The notes under the pieces were generated by a model, which did not search any database, was not told the DNA's origin, and saw nothing but the letters and a program-made list of their open reading frames with translations. Of a stretch of 64,000 nucleotides of DNA, positions 1 to 9,706 are shown in pieces. A program made the translations under genes and the position numbers. Origin of the DNA: an uncultured Spirochaetaceae bacterium (GTDB taxonomy: Bacteria; Spirochaetota; Spirochaetia; SZUA-6; DRHE01); NCBI GenBank assembly GCA_964390045.1, contig CAYMGP010000006.1, positions 15,003 to 79,002 on the forward strand, written 5' to 3'. How positions within the stretch are numbered: position 1 is the first letter of the stretch; every line of letters starts with the position of its first letter.

Positions 1-166
1 TTGGTTCAACACCGTTCCGCCGGGTCCCAGGTATGCCGGGGTTAGAACCTGCAAGGCCTGAGCGGCGAGCAAGCTGCAGCTTAGCCGGGTTGCAGGGTTA
101 CAGGTGTGAGGGCTGCGTGGTATCATTTAAAAAAAGGGCGCGATCGTCGGCTCGCTGCGCCCCCGG

Positions 167-1222
167 GTGAGCGCTGTGAAGTTATCCCGCCGGGAGTTTA
201 TCAGAGGGTTTCTCGCGATTGGAGGCTCCCTTGTCTTCGCTTCGGCGCCGCTACGCCTCTTTGCTCAGGACAAGAGAGGACGCTGGATCCCGGCATATGA
301 AAAACTAGAGGAAAAAGGACAGCTGGCCGAGAGGATCGAACAGGCCTATGCTCTGTTCGAGAGCTGCCGCTGTTGTCCGCGGCAGTGCCGGGTGAACCGG
401 CTGCAAGGGCAGCGGGGATTCTGCCGCGCACCCTCCCAACCCGTAGTGTACAGCGCTCACCCGCATTTGGGCGAAGAAATCCCTCTGGTCGGTACAGGCG
501 GCTCGGGAACGATCTTCTTTTCCAACTGTAACCTCCGTTGTGTCTTCTGCCAGAATTGGCCTATCTCCCACGAGGGCAGAGGAACGAAGCTCCAAGATGA
601 AGAGCTGGCCGAAATCATGATCAAACTGCAGCAGAGCGGCTGCCACAACATCAACCTGGTTACCCCCACTCACGTGATGCCGAACATCCTGAACGCCACA
701 CGCATCGCGTTGAAGAAGGGATTGCGCCTGCCCCTGGTGTACAACACGAGCGGCTACGAGCGTGAGGAAATCGTGAAGCTGCTAGACGGCATCGTCGACA
801 TCTATATGCCCGACTTCAAATATACAGACTCCAAGAAGGCGGCGAAATACTCCGCCGGGGCTTCGGATTATCCCGCGGTAGCAAAACGAGCGATCATCGA
901 AATGAACAGACAGGTCGGCGAGCTTACCGTAGACGCGCGGGGAATTGCACTGCGGGGATTGATCATCCGGCACCTGGTGATGCCGAACCGAGTGGCCGGG
1001 ACCCGGGAGTTCGTGCAGTGGGTGGCGCGAAACCTTCCCAAATCCACCTATGTGAACATCATGGCTCAATACCATGTGGACTACAAGGCGTACAACTACC
1101 CGGAGATCGCCCGCGCGATTACTGTCGAGGAGTTTCTGGAGGCTATACAGTGGGCTCAAGCGAACGGATTGACGAATCTTGATAAAAGGACGCTGGCGGT
1201 CTGGAATTACTACAGGAAGTGA
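167..1222 (+). CDS. Radical SAM enzyme, PflX / pyruvate-formate-lyase-activase-like, with an N-terminal twin-arginine (Tat)-type leader
   Basis: CxxxCxxC motif (CNLRCVFC) is seen in the translation, plus a further Cys cluster (CRCCPRQC). The N-terminus SRREFIRGFLAIGGSLVFASAPLRLFA looks like an S-R-R-x-F Tat signal. The overall layout resembles the PflX/YjjW radical SAM family. There is no in-frame ATG; a GTG start was taken from the ORF track. Confidence 0.75.
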   Translation: MSAVKLSRREFIRGFLAIGGSLVFASAPLRLFAQDKRGRWIPAYEKLEEKGQLAERIEQAYALFESCRCCPRQCRVNRLQGQRGFCRAPSQPVVYSAHPHLGEEIPLVGTGGSGTIFFSNCNLRCVFCQNWPISHEGRGTKLQDEELAEIMIKLQQSGCHNINLVTPTHVMPNILNATRIALKKGLRLPLVYNTSGYEREEIVKLLDGIVDIYMPDFKYTDSKKAAKYSAGASDYPAVAKRAIIEMNRQVGELTVDARGIALRGLIIRHLVMPNRVAGTREFVQWVARNLPKSTYVNIMAQYHVDYKAYNYPEIARAITVEEFLEAIQWAQANGLTNLDKRTLAVWNYYRK

Positions 1223-3587
1223 CTCTCCGGCCAAACCACGGATTGGGGCCCTACAGGCGGCTCTGCTCATCATGGGGCTGAGCGGAATCGTCGGCCAGAT
1301 CATCCTGCTGCGGGAGCTGCTCGTTTCGTTTCTGGGAAACGAGCTGGTACTGGGAATCATCCTCGCCAACTGGCTGATCCTCGAGGCGGCGGGTTCTTTT
1401 CTCATCGGAAAAACCGTGGAAACGGCCCGACGGAAGCGCGAGCTTTTCGTGGTCTTTCAACTCTTGTTCTCTATCTTCCTTCCCCTGGCCATCTACCTTT
1501 CCCGGGTATTCAAGACGATGATCCTCCTCTCCCCCGGAGAAGCGGTCGGTTTTGCGTCGATCCTCGCCAGCTCCTTCCTTATCCTCCTGCCCGTGGCCGT
1601 ACCCCACGGCGCACTGTTCACCTATGGATCCAAGATATACTCTCTCTCAACCAGGGGAAATCGAGCGACAGACGCATCTTCCGTCGGCTGGGTGTATGTT
1701 CTGGAAACCATAGGTTCGATCTTCGGCGGCCTGCTTCTCACCTTTTTCCTGATCGGGCGCTTCGATTCGTTTGCCATCGCCTTTGCCGTCTCCCTCACCA
1801 ATGCCGTAATTTCCGTGATTCTGCTCTGGCCGAAGCCGCCAGCGCGGTTCCGGCCCGCCAGCAGCGGTCTTTGGGGAGGATCGTTGCTCCTGACAGCCGT
1901 CTTTACTCTCATCCTTTTTACCCCCCTGGCCGAGCGGATCCATATCCACTCAATAAAGACCCGGTGGAGCGGCTTGAACCTGGTGCACACGGAAAACTCC
2001 ATCTATGGAAACATTACGGTGACTGAAAGAGAAGGGCAGGCTACATTCTATACAGACGGGATCCCTTCCATCACCACTCCGGTGCCGGACATCGCCTCCA
2101 GCGAAGACTTTGTTCATTTCACCATGCTCCTGCACGCCAGGCCTGAATCGGTGCTGATCTTGAGCGGCGGAGCGGGAGGCATGATCCACGAAGTCCTCAA
2201 GCATCCTGTGAAACGAGTCGACTATGTGGAGCTCGATCCGCTGCTGCTGAAACTGATCGAGCGCTACGGCTCCGGTCCGACGCGGCAGGAACTGTCCGAC
2301 AGCCGTGTGCATATCCATTACACAGACGGACGCTTTTTCCTGAAACGAAGCAGCGGGAACTACGATGTCGTTTTCGTCGGCCTCGGCTCACCCCAGGAGC
2401 TTCAGACCAACCGTCTCTTCTCCCGGGAGTTTTTCTCAACAGCTAAAGAGAAGATGAAGCGTGACGGCATACTCGTGCTCTCCCTTCCCGGCTCCCTCAC
2501 CTATCTCGGTGAAGAACTGCAAAAGCTCAATCGCTGTATCCGCGATACCCTGCACAGTGTGTTCGCATACGTTCGAATCATTCCCGGCGACGTGAACCTG
2601 TACTTCGCCTCAGCCTCGGAATCTCTGATGAGGGTGAGAGCCGAGGAGCTGGTCCAACGCTTCGACGAGCGGAGCATCGAGACGAATCTCTTCACGGGTG
2701 CCTACATCGAGCATAGGCTCGAGGAGCAGTGGCTGCGCGGGTATGAGCAGGCGATGGGACGAACAGAGCCCGGCATCAATTCGGACTTTCATCCCGTGGC
2801 CGTGTTCCACAGTCTTTCCCACTGGAACGCGCTTTTCTCCCCCTATCTCGTTCGGATCTTCAAGTCGATCGAGGGCGTTCGTATATCTTTGATTACGGCG
2901 TCTATCGCGGCGGTTACCGTGCTTCTGGCGGCCCTGTTTCTCCTGCGCCCCGAGAGATTCAGGGCCCCTGTTCCCTATGCAATCGGGACAACGGGCTTCT
3001 GCGGAATGGTCTTCGACCTGGCCATCATCTTCACCTTCCAGACCCTCTTCGGCTACCTCTACTACCAGATCGGGCTCCTGGTCACGGTTTTCATGGTGGG
3101 CGTGGCGGCCAGCAGCTTCGCCATCACTCGTCGTCTCGATCGCATCACCAACCATGCAGCTGTGTTCCTGCTGACCGAGCTCTGTCTGGTCTGCTTTTCT
3201 GTTCTTCTGCCCTTCGTTTTCCTGATCCCCTCCCGGTCCCTCGAGAAACAGTCTGTGTATGTGCTGCTCTACGCCCTATTCCTCCTGATGTCGTTCGTTT
3301 CCGGGGTGCTGATCGGCGCTCAGTTTCCCCTGGCCACCAAGATGCACCTCGGGGATGTTTCAACACCGGGCTCGAACCGGAACCGGGGTGGGGTGGCTCA
3401 CACCGCCGGCCTGCTGTACGGCGCCGATCTTTTCGGCGGTTATTTCGGCGGGCTGATCGGGGCAGTGGCTCTATTACCGATTCTCGGTCTGAAGAGCAGC
3501 TGCTTCATCCTGGCGCTGATCAAAGGGGGGAGCTTCTTCCTGATCCTGCTGTACACCGTTCGGCAGTACGCCGGCAAACGGAATTGA
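1179..3587 (+). CDS. Polytopic membrane protein with a central spermidine-synthase (SpeE)-like aminopropyltransferase domain
   Basis: About 8 N-terminal and about 6 C-terminal hydrophobic helices flank a soluble domain. That domain carries SpeE-like motifs (LILSGGAGGMIHEVLKH; VDYVELDP; YDVVFVGLGSPQELQTNRLFSREFF). The true start may be the in-frame ATG at 1272, which would avoid overlap with the upstream gene. Confidence 0.7.
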   Translation: MIKGRWRSGITTGSDSPAKPRIGALQAALLIMGLSGIVGQIILLRELLVSFLGNELVLGIILANWLILEAAGSFLIGKTVETARRKRELFVVFQLLFSIFLPLAIYLSRVFKTMILLSPGEAVGFASILASSFLILLPVAVPHGALFTYGSKIYSLSTRGNRATDASSVGWVYVLETIGSIFGGLLLTFFLIGRFDSFAIAFAVSLTNAVISVILLWPKPPARFRPASSGLWGGSLLLTAVFTLILFTPLAERIHIHSIKTRWSGLNLVHTENSIYGNITVTEREGQATFYTDGIPSITTPVPDIASSEDFVHFTMLLHARPESVLILSGGAGGMIHEVLKHPVKRVDYVELDPLLLKLIERYGSGPTRQELSDSRVHIHYTDGRFFLKRSSGNYDVVFVGLGSPQELQTNRLFSREFFSTAKEKMKRDGILVLSLPGSLTYLGEELQKLNRCIRDTLHSVFAYVRIIPGDVNLYFASASESLMRVRAEELVQRFDERSIETNLFTGAYIEHRLEEQWLRGYEQAMGRTEPGINSDFHPVAVFHSLSHWNALFSPYLVRIFKSIEGVRISLITASIAAVTVLLAALFLLRPERFRAPVPYAIGTTGFCGMVFDLAIIFTFQTLFGYLYYQIGLLVTVFMVGVAASSFAITRRLDRITNHAAVFLLTELCLVCFSVLLPFVFLIPSRSLEKQSVYVLLYALFLLMSFVSGVLIGAQFPLATKMHLGDVSTPGSNRNRGGVAHTAGLLYGADLFGGYFGGLIGAVALLPILGLKSSCFILALIKGGSFFLILLYTVRQYAGKRN

Positions 3588-3668
3588 ATCATGCGGTAGA
3601 CATGCTGCCTTTTCAATCCGGAGGTTCCGTGCTACGGTGCCAGCGAACCCACAGAAAGGACTCGCACC

Positions 3669-5489
3669 TTGGACAACTTCGACTACGGAATCATTGGAAA
3701 CTGCAGGTCCGCCGCTCTGATATCGAAACACGGGAGTATCGAGTGGTGCTGTCTGCCCGAGTTTAATTCTTCATCCATCTTTGCCAGGATTCTCGACGAG
3801 GATCGCGGCGGTTGCTTCGAAATAAAGACCGATCCGGAATATTCGATCACCCAGGGGTACGTGTACCGGACGAATATTCTGCGCACCCGATTCTCCAGAA
3901 ACCACGATGTCTTCGAGGCCCTCGACTTCATGCCCCGCTACAGGGCTGAAAGCGGCTACTACTACTGCCCGCCGGAGATCATCAGGATGATCCGCCCCGT
4001 TTCCGGGCGTCCACGGGCCACCTTCCGTTACCTGCCCCGCCTGGCCTACGCTCAAGCCGAGACCATGACGTCGCGCAGCGATCACTACATCAAAAGCTAC
4101 ACAACCGAGGGACCCTACGAATCGATCTATCTCTACACCGATCTGGATCATGATGCGGTGCTAGAGCAGAGGGAGGTCACCATCGACCGGGACTGCTTTT
4201 TCGTGATCAGCTACAACCAGAAGCTGGTTGAGCTCGATCGCCACAAGATCAGTCTGGAGTACGAGCGAACCGAGGTGTACTGGCTCAATTGGCTGGAACG
4301 AAGCATCCACTTCACAAAGTACCAGACCCCGATCCTGCGCAGCGCCCTGGTGCTCAAGCTGCTGACCTTCCACAAGTCGGGCGCCATCCTGGCAGCGGCC
4401 ACCACCTCGCTTCCCGAGGCCATCGGTGAGGTACGGAACTGGGACTACAGATTCTGCTGGATCCGTGACGCCTCGATGGTCATCTCGATCCTGACCGCAT
4501 TGGGACACTACAACTCGGCCCGCCGTTTCTTGAACTTCATCATCAACGTAATTCCCTTCAAAGAGGACAAGATCCAGATCATGTACGGCATCCGCGGCGA
4601 AAAGGAATTGACCGAGAAGAAACTCGACTGGCTGTCCGGCTACAAGGGATCCAAGCCGGTGCGGGTGGGCAACGCAGCTTATGAGCAGAAACAAAACGAC
4701 ATCTACGGCGTTCTCATCGATGTCATATATCAATACTTCAAGCTCTTTCGCCACACCCTCGCCTACAGCGAAGACCTCTGGACCCTTGTGCGCTCGCTCC
4801 TGCGAACCGTCGCCGAGACCTGGCGGAACCCGGACAAGGGGATTTGGGAGATAAGAAGCCAGGAGCACCACTTCACTTTTTCCAAAGTGCTCTGTTGGGT
4901 AGCCATGGACCGGGGGGCGAAAATCGCAACGATTCTCGACAAACCGGACTACGCGCAGACCTGGGCGGATACGGCGGAAGAAATCAAGAAGGATATCGAG
5001 GAGAAGGGCTGGAACGAGAGCGTTGGAGCTTTCACTCAGTACTACGGAAGCGAAAGCCTCGATGCTTCGAATCTCCTGATGGAAACCTACGGATTCATCG
5101 AGGCGGGGGATCCAAAATTCACGGCCACCGTCCGCAAGAGCAAAGAAGAGCTCTGCCGGGACGGTCTTATGTATCGATATCGAAACGCCGACGACTTCGG
5201 GCTGCCCAAGTCGTCCTTCACAGTCTGTACATTTTGGATGATCAAGAGCCTGTACAAGATCGGCGAGAAAGAGGAAGCCGAGCGCATGTTCGGCAAGATC
5301 CTGTCCTACGCCAATCATCTGGGGCTGTTCAGCGAAGGGATCGATTTCGAGAGCAAACGTCTGGTAGGCAACTTCCCGCAGGGTTACTCTCACCTCGCCC
5401 TGATCGACGCAGCCATGACTCTATCGGAAATGCAGGTCACCGAAGAGCAGAAGCTGGTCTCGCTTCTTCGCTACCCTTTCGCCGACTGA
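3669..5489 (+). CDS. Glycoside hydrolase family 15 (glucoamylase / trehalase-like) protein
   Basis: The N-terminus YGIIGNCRSAALISKHGSIEWCCLPEFNSSSIFARIL is typical of bacterial GH15 enzymes. The 606-aa length fits an alpha/alpha-toroid catalytic domain. A TTG start was taken from the ORF track. Confidence 0.75.
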   Translation: MDNFDYGIIGNCRSAALISKHGSIEWCCLPEFNSSSIFARILDEDRGGCFEIKTDPEYSITQGYVYRTNILRTRFSRNHDVFEALDFMPRYRAESGYYYCPPEIIRMIRPVSGRPRATFRYLPRLAYAQAETMTSRSDHYIKSYTTEGPYESIYLYTDLDHDAVLEQREVTIDRDCFFVISYNQKLVELDRHKISLEYERTEVYWLNWLERSIHFTKYQTPILRSALVLKLLTFHKSGAILAAATTSLPEAIGEVRNWDYRFCWIRDASMVISILTALGHYNSARRFLNFIINVIPFKEDKIQIMYGIRGEKELTEKKLDWLSGYKGSKPVRVGNAAYEQKQNDIYGVLIDVIYQYFKLFRHTLAYSEDLWTLVRSLLRTVAETWRNPDKGIWEIRSQEHHFTFSKVLCWVAMDRGAKIATILDKPDYAQTWADTAEEIKKDIEEKGWNESVGAFTQYYGSESLDASNLLMETYGFIEAGDPKFTATVRKSKEELCRDGLMYRYRNADDFGLPKSSFTVCTFWMIKSLYKIGEKEEAERMFGKILSYANHLGLFSEGIDFESKRLVGNFPQGYSHLALIDAAMTLSEMQVTEEQKLVSLLRYPFAD

Positions 5490-5579
5490 AACAGCCGAGG
5501 ACCGAACGCATTCCTGCTTTGTTTTCTTTTTTTGCTCCTCAATTTGTGATATTGTCATAGACATTCGTGGCGGATCGAG

Positions 5580-6737
5580 ATGATTGTCCTGAGAATATTC
5601 ATGTACTTGGGCTTCGTTATTGCCGGCCTCATTGCTGCTTTCGCCTTAGAGCTATTGATTGTCGGCATCGTTCCCGGATTCTCGGTTCCCAAGCAGTCCA
5701 AGCAGAGCGGGAAAAAAACAGATTCCGCCGGGCGGCCGTCCCTTTCACCCCGGAGAGGGGAAACACAGTCCGGCTCGAAAAAAAATGTCCGCTTCGACGT
5801 GAAGGGAACCCCTGTCAGCGCCTGGCTGTACCTGCCCGAGAACCTGCCTGCGCCTTTTCCCTGCATCGTGATGGCCCACGGTCTCGGAGCCACCAGGGAT
5901 GTGGGACTGGAGAGCTACGCCCTTCGTTTTCGGGAAGTCGGTTTAGCCGTACTGGTATTCGATTACAGACATCTCGGACAGAGTGGAGGGGAGCCTCGCC
6001 AGCTGGTCTGGATTCCCTACCAGCTGCAGGACTACGGGGCTGCTGTTGATTATGCCCGGAGCCTTCCGGAAATCGATTCGGAGAAAATTGCCCTTTGGGG
6101 TACTTCTCTGAGCGGCGGCCATGTTCTGGTGACAGCAGCCGGGGACAGCAGGATCGCCTGTGTGTCGGCCCAGGTACCGCTTCTCGACGGTGGCGCCGGC
6201 CAGGTGGAGGAAATGAAACGAGAGGGTATCGGGCGCATGTTCGCACAGGGGCTGCGCCTGCTCATTCACGCACAGCGCGACCTGGTGCGCTCATGGCTTG
6301 GTCTCTCGCCCCACAGAATCCCCCTTTTCGGAAAACCGGATACAATCGCAATCATGCCCGACGCAGGCGCCTGGAAGCTGTTCGAAGAGCTCACTCCGGA
6401 TGATTTCATCAATGAAGCCTGCGCCCGTATCCTCATTCGCATAGACAAATACAGACCTATTAAATATCTGGACAAGCTGCGCTGCCCGGTCCTGCTTCAG
6501 GTATGTGAGCGCGATATCGCCCTGCCGACGCGTGTCGTCGAGGAGGCTGAGAAACGCCTGGGCGGGCGGGCGGAGGTGATCCGCTATCCCCTCGAACACT
6601 TCGACATCTATATGGGCAGCAATCTAGTAAGGAGTATTGATGAGCACCTTGCGTTTTTCAAGAAACATCTTCTTAAGAACATGAAAGAAACTCTTGCAGC
6701 GCAACGGTACTACGATGAGACAGGAGGATCTCGATGA
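5580..6737 (+). CDS. Membrane-anchored alpha/beta-fold hydrolase
   Basis: An N-terminal TM helix is followed by a Lys/Ser-rich linker and an alpha/beta hydrolase core (VMAHGLGATRD ... LWGTSLSGGH nucleophile elbow). Confidence 0.65.
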   Translation: MIVLRIFMYLGFVIAGLIAAFALELLIVGIVPGFSVPKQSKQSGKKTDSAGRPSLSPRRGETQSGSKKNVRFDVKGTPVSAWLYLPENLPAPFPCIVMAHGLGATRDVGLESYALRFREVGLAVLVFDYRHLGQSGGEPRQLVWIPYQLQDYGAAVDYARSLPEIDSEKIALWGTSLSGGHVLVTAAGDSRIACVSAQVPLLDGGAGQVEEMKREGIGRMFAQGLRLLIHAQRDLVRSWLGLSPHRIPLFGKPDTIAIMPDAGAWKLFEELTPDDFINEACARILIRIDKYRPIKYLDKLRCPVLLQVCERDIALPTRVVEEAEKRLGGRAEVIRYPLEHFDIYMGSNLVRSIDEHLAFFKKHLLKNMKETLAAQRYYDETGGSR

Positions 6738-7972
6738 ATGAAGAAAACATCAAAGTATACGGTTACAGATGGGTAGTGCTCGCCGCCTTCATGTTCATCA
6801 CAGCCATGACTCAGGTTCTATGGATAACGTTCGCTCCGATAACCAGCGTGGCGGCCCGGTTCTACGGAACTTCGGACCTCCTCATCGGCCTCCTTTCGAT
6901 GAGCTTCATGGTCGTATATATCCTCGTGGTACTGCCATCGGCCTGGGCTATAGATACCTGGGGCTTTCGCCGGGCCGTAGGTATCGGTGCAGCGCTCACT
7001 GCGGTTTGCTCCCTGACGCGCGGTTTTTTCGCAGCAAACCTCGCTTTGGTTTTTGCTTCGCAAATCGGAATAGCCCTCGGTCAGCCCCTGGTTCTCGGTT
7101 CCATTACCAAGATCGCGGCCAGATGGTTCCCGGACAACGAACGCGCCACGGCTACAGGCCTGGGTACGCTGGCCCTCTATCTCGGCGTTCTAGCCGGCAT
7201 GATCTTGACCCCGACGCTTACGATTCACTTTCAAATCAAGGGAATGCTTCTGATCTACGGCGTTGTTGCCACGGTTGCCGCAGCGGTGTTTATTCTACTG
7301 GCCCGGGAACAGCCACCAACTCCCCCCTGCCCGCCCGGCCAGGAGGAGCGCACACTCATGTTCGACGGCTTGAAGAGCATGCTGAAGCAGAAGGATTTCA
7401 TCCTTCTGCTGATAATCTTCTTCATAGGCCTGGGCATGTTCAATGGAGTATCCACCTGGATTGAAGCCATCATTCGACCCAGGGGCTTTTCAATAACCGA
7501 GGCAGGCCTGTTGGGCGGCCTTATGCTTGTCGGCGGTATCCTAGGTGCTCTGATCATCCCCATGATCTCCGACAATCTGCGCAGGCGCAAACCCTTTATA
7601 ACCCTCGCCCTCGTCTGTCTTCTCCCCGGTCTCCTGGGCATGATCTTCGCGACAGATTATTGGCTTCTGCTGGCATCCGGATTCGTCTTTGGGTTCTTCC
7701 TCCTGAGCGCCGGGCCTATAGGATTTCAATACGGTGCTGAAATAACCCATCCGGCCCCGGAAGGTACCTCGAACAGCCTGCTGTTGGTAATGGGCCAAGT
7801 CTCGGGGATTGTCTTCATCTTCGGAATGGACGCGTTTAAATCGCCGTCGGGATCCATGACCGTTTCCCTGCTCGTTTTGCTCTCCCTGACCCTGGCTTGC
7901 GTGTTTCTTTCCCTGCTGCTCAAAGAATCTCCTATTCACAGCTCGGACAAAAACTACAAACGAAAGGTGTAA
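6734..7972 (+). CDS. MFS transporter
   Basis: About 12 predicted TM helices. A 4-bp overlap with the upstream gene suggests an operon. Confidence 0.7.
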   Translation: MNEENIKVYGYRWVVLAAFMFITAMTQVLWITFAPITSVAARFYGTSDLLIGLLSMSFMVVYILVVLPSAWAIDTWGFRRAVGIGAALTAVCSLTRGFFAANLALVFASQIGIALGQPLVLGSITKIAARWFPDNERATATGLGTLALYLGVLAGMILTPTLTIHFQIKGMLLIYGVVATVAAAVFILLAREQPPTPPCPPGQEERTLMFDGLKSMLKQKDFILLLIIFFIGLGMFNGVSTWIEAIIRPRGFSITEAGLLGGLMLVGGILGALIIPMISDNLRRRKPFITLALVCLLPGLLGMIFATDYWLLLASGFVFGFFLLSAGPIGFQYGAEITHPAPEGTSNSLLLVMGQVSGIVFIFGMDAFKSPSGSMTVSLLVLLSLTLACVFLSLLLKESPIHSSDKNYKRKV

Positions 7973-7974
7973 CA

Positions 7975-8541
7975 ATGACACAGAGTAAATACATCACGGT
8001 GCCCAATGGACTGTCTCTTTCCAGGCTCGTTCTTCTGCCGCTTCTGTATGTATTCGTAATAAAGAATATGGGAATAGCCTTCCTCGTTTCCTACATCATA
8101 CTGGGTTCTACAGATTATTTTGACGGACTCACTGCCAGGAGACTCAATCAAAAAACGGATTTCGGCAAGATGTTGGATTCGATCGCCGATATACCCTTTT
8201 ATCTGTCTTCCGCTTATTTCATGTACAAGCTCTATTGGAGCTATCTCGAGCCCAATATGCGCCTGTTGATCGGGATGCTCGCATTGTTCGGTTCGTCTTT
8301 GATCGTTTCGGCCATTCGATGCAGAAAGCCAATCTTGATGCACACATTTATACTCAAACTGTGCGGGATATTGGTCTATTTCCTGCTCATTTCTTCGTTT
8401 TTTTTAAACACCACCGTATTCGTAACCGTGATTCTGGTTCTTTACTGCATCGGTTTTATAGAAGAGATCGTCATTTTCATAAAGTACGGGCAGGTGGATG
8501 CCGATTCTCCGTCGTTGTTCCATATACGGGAGAAGACATAA
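7975..8541 (+). CDS. CDP-alcohol phosphatidyltransferase family protein (PgsA/Cpt-like)
   Basis: The D-G-x2-A-R...G...D-x3-D motif is present (DYFDGLTARRLNQKTDFGKMLDSIAD). It is a polytopic membrane protein. The start was set at the ATG directly after the upstream stop rather than the extended ORF-track start. Confidence 0.75.
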   Translation: MTQSKYITVPNGLSLSRLVLLPLLYVFVIKNMGIAFLVSYIILGSTDYFDGLTARRLNQKTDFGKMLDSIADIPFYLSSAYFMYKLYWSYLEPNMRLLIGMLALFGSSLIVSAIRCRKPILMHTFILKLCGILVYFLLISSFFLNTTVFVTVILVLYCIGFIEEIVIFIKYGQVDADSPSLFHIREKT

Positions 8542-9706
8542 GCCCTATCAGGGTCCGGGCTACCTGCTCGCTGCCGTTTCTGAAGCTGGCGCTTTCAAGC
8601 TTCCGCTTTATCCCTTCCAGCTTACTCTCCGAGAGGATTAAGGATTCCAGCTCGCGGACTAATCCCTTCGGGGTGGGGGTATATCTGCCGTAGCCACTGT
8701 TGACGACCATTTTTACATTCGCCCTCTCATGGGGCCGCACATACCAAGTAAGCAGCAATGGTTTCTCCAGTACCAGTGCCTGCATGACCGTTGCAGGTCC
8801 AGCCTTGGTTGCAACGATATCCGACACACAGGTCAACTCGTACATGATCTTCGTGAACCCGCAGATCATGAAGTTACTCCTATGTCGAACAATCCTCTCC
8901 GCCTCATCCTTCTGCTCTCTGTTGTTGCCCGTAACAACCAAAAAGAAGCAGTGTTTCATCAGGATGGAAGATTCGAGTGTGCGGGCAAGGAAGCGACCCA
9001 AGCGCCTGAATCCTTCGCCTCCTCCTGCAAACAGGACAACGGTACGTCCGGTCGGGATCATCAGCCGTCGCTTCAGCTCAGCGATCTCTTCGCCCGGTGG
9101 CGGACCATTGAACTTCGGATCGATCGCCAGAGGTAATACCCGGACCTTTTCCGGATCCATGCCGAGAGCAACATCGCGTCGCTTCATCTCTTGCGAACAG
9201 GTTATATGCAGATCGAAGTCCCGGCGATAGTACCAGCTCACATGTATATTAGCTAGATCGGTAATAACTATAGCACTTTTTGCCTCGGAGCCTGCCCTCT
9301 GCAGCGAACGGGCGGTGATACCGTTGATCGTGGGATGAACAGACACTACCAGAACCGGAGCAATCTCCTGTATTACTTTTACCAGCTTAGTCCGTGCCAC
9401 CCTACCTAGTAATGATTCCAGTGCAAACAAGGCAGGCCGGTTGCAGCATAGATAAAACACCGCAATGAAGAAAAAACTCCGTCGGTTGGCGATAGACCTG
9501 TACAAACGCTGGAACAGCCGTCCGATTCTGGTCTGTTGGTATAAGTTGTAGATTATTGTCTCAAACCGGTCGCCGTATCGACGCTCGATCTCGGTCTTCA
9601 GGGAAAGGGCGCAGGCCCGATGCCCTCCACCTGTATCAGCTATCAGAAAAAGAATCCTCTGCTTTCGCTTCAATGTCTCATGAATCTCCGGGCGTGTTGC
9701 GCTCAA
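8477..9706 (-). CDS. GT28-family glycosyltransferase, monoglycosyl-diacylglycerol synthase-like (MGS/UgtP-like)
   Basis: The N-terminal FLIADTGGGHRACALSL motif resembles MurG/MGDG-synthase families, with a C-terminal GT-B domain. The 3' end converges on and overlaps the CDP-alcohol transferase gene by about 65 nt. Confidence 0.65.
   Translation of the reverse strand: MSATRPEIHETLKRKQRILFLIADTGGGHRACALSLKTEIERRYGDRFETIIYNLYQQTRIGRLFQRLYRSIANRRSFFFIAVFYLCCNRPALFALESLLGRVARTKLVKVIQEIAPVLVVSVHPTINGITARSLQRAGSEAKSAIVITDLANIHVSWYYRRDFDLHITCSQEMKRRDVALGMDPEKVRVLPLAIDPKFNGPPPGEEIAELKRRLMIPTGRTVVLFAGGGEGFRRLGRFLARTLESSILMKHCFFLVVTGNNREQKDEAERIVRHRSNFMICGFTKIMYELTCVSDIVATKAGPATVMQALVLEKPLLLTWYVRPHERANVKMVVNSGYGRYTPTPKGLVRELESLILSESKLEGIKRKLESASFRNGSEQVARTLIGLMSSPVYGTTTENRHPPARTL

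Noticed and set aside
1-166. Possible riboswitch or structured leader upstream of the radical SAM gene
   Set aside because: Checked against SAM-I riboswitch hallmarks and found no match. The element is truncated by the window edge.
782-1405. 207-aa minus-strand ORF
   Set aside because: Antisense to the radical SAM gene.
4161-5393. 410-aa minus-strand ORF
   Set aside because: Antisense to the well-supported GH15 gene. Low-complexity, Arg/Gly/Leu-rich translation typical of shadow ORFs in GC-rich DNA.
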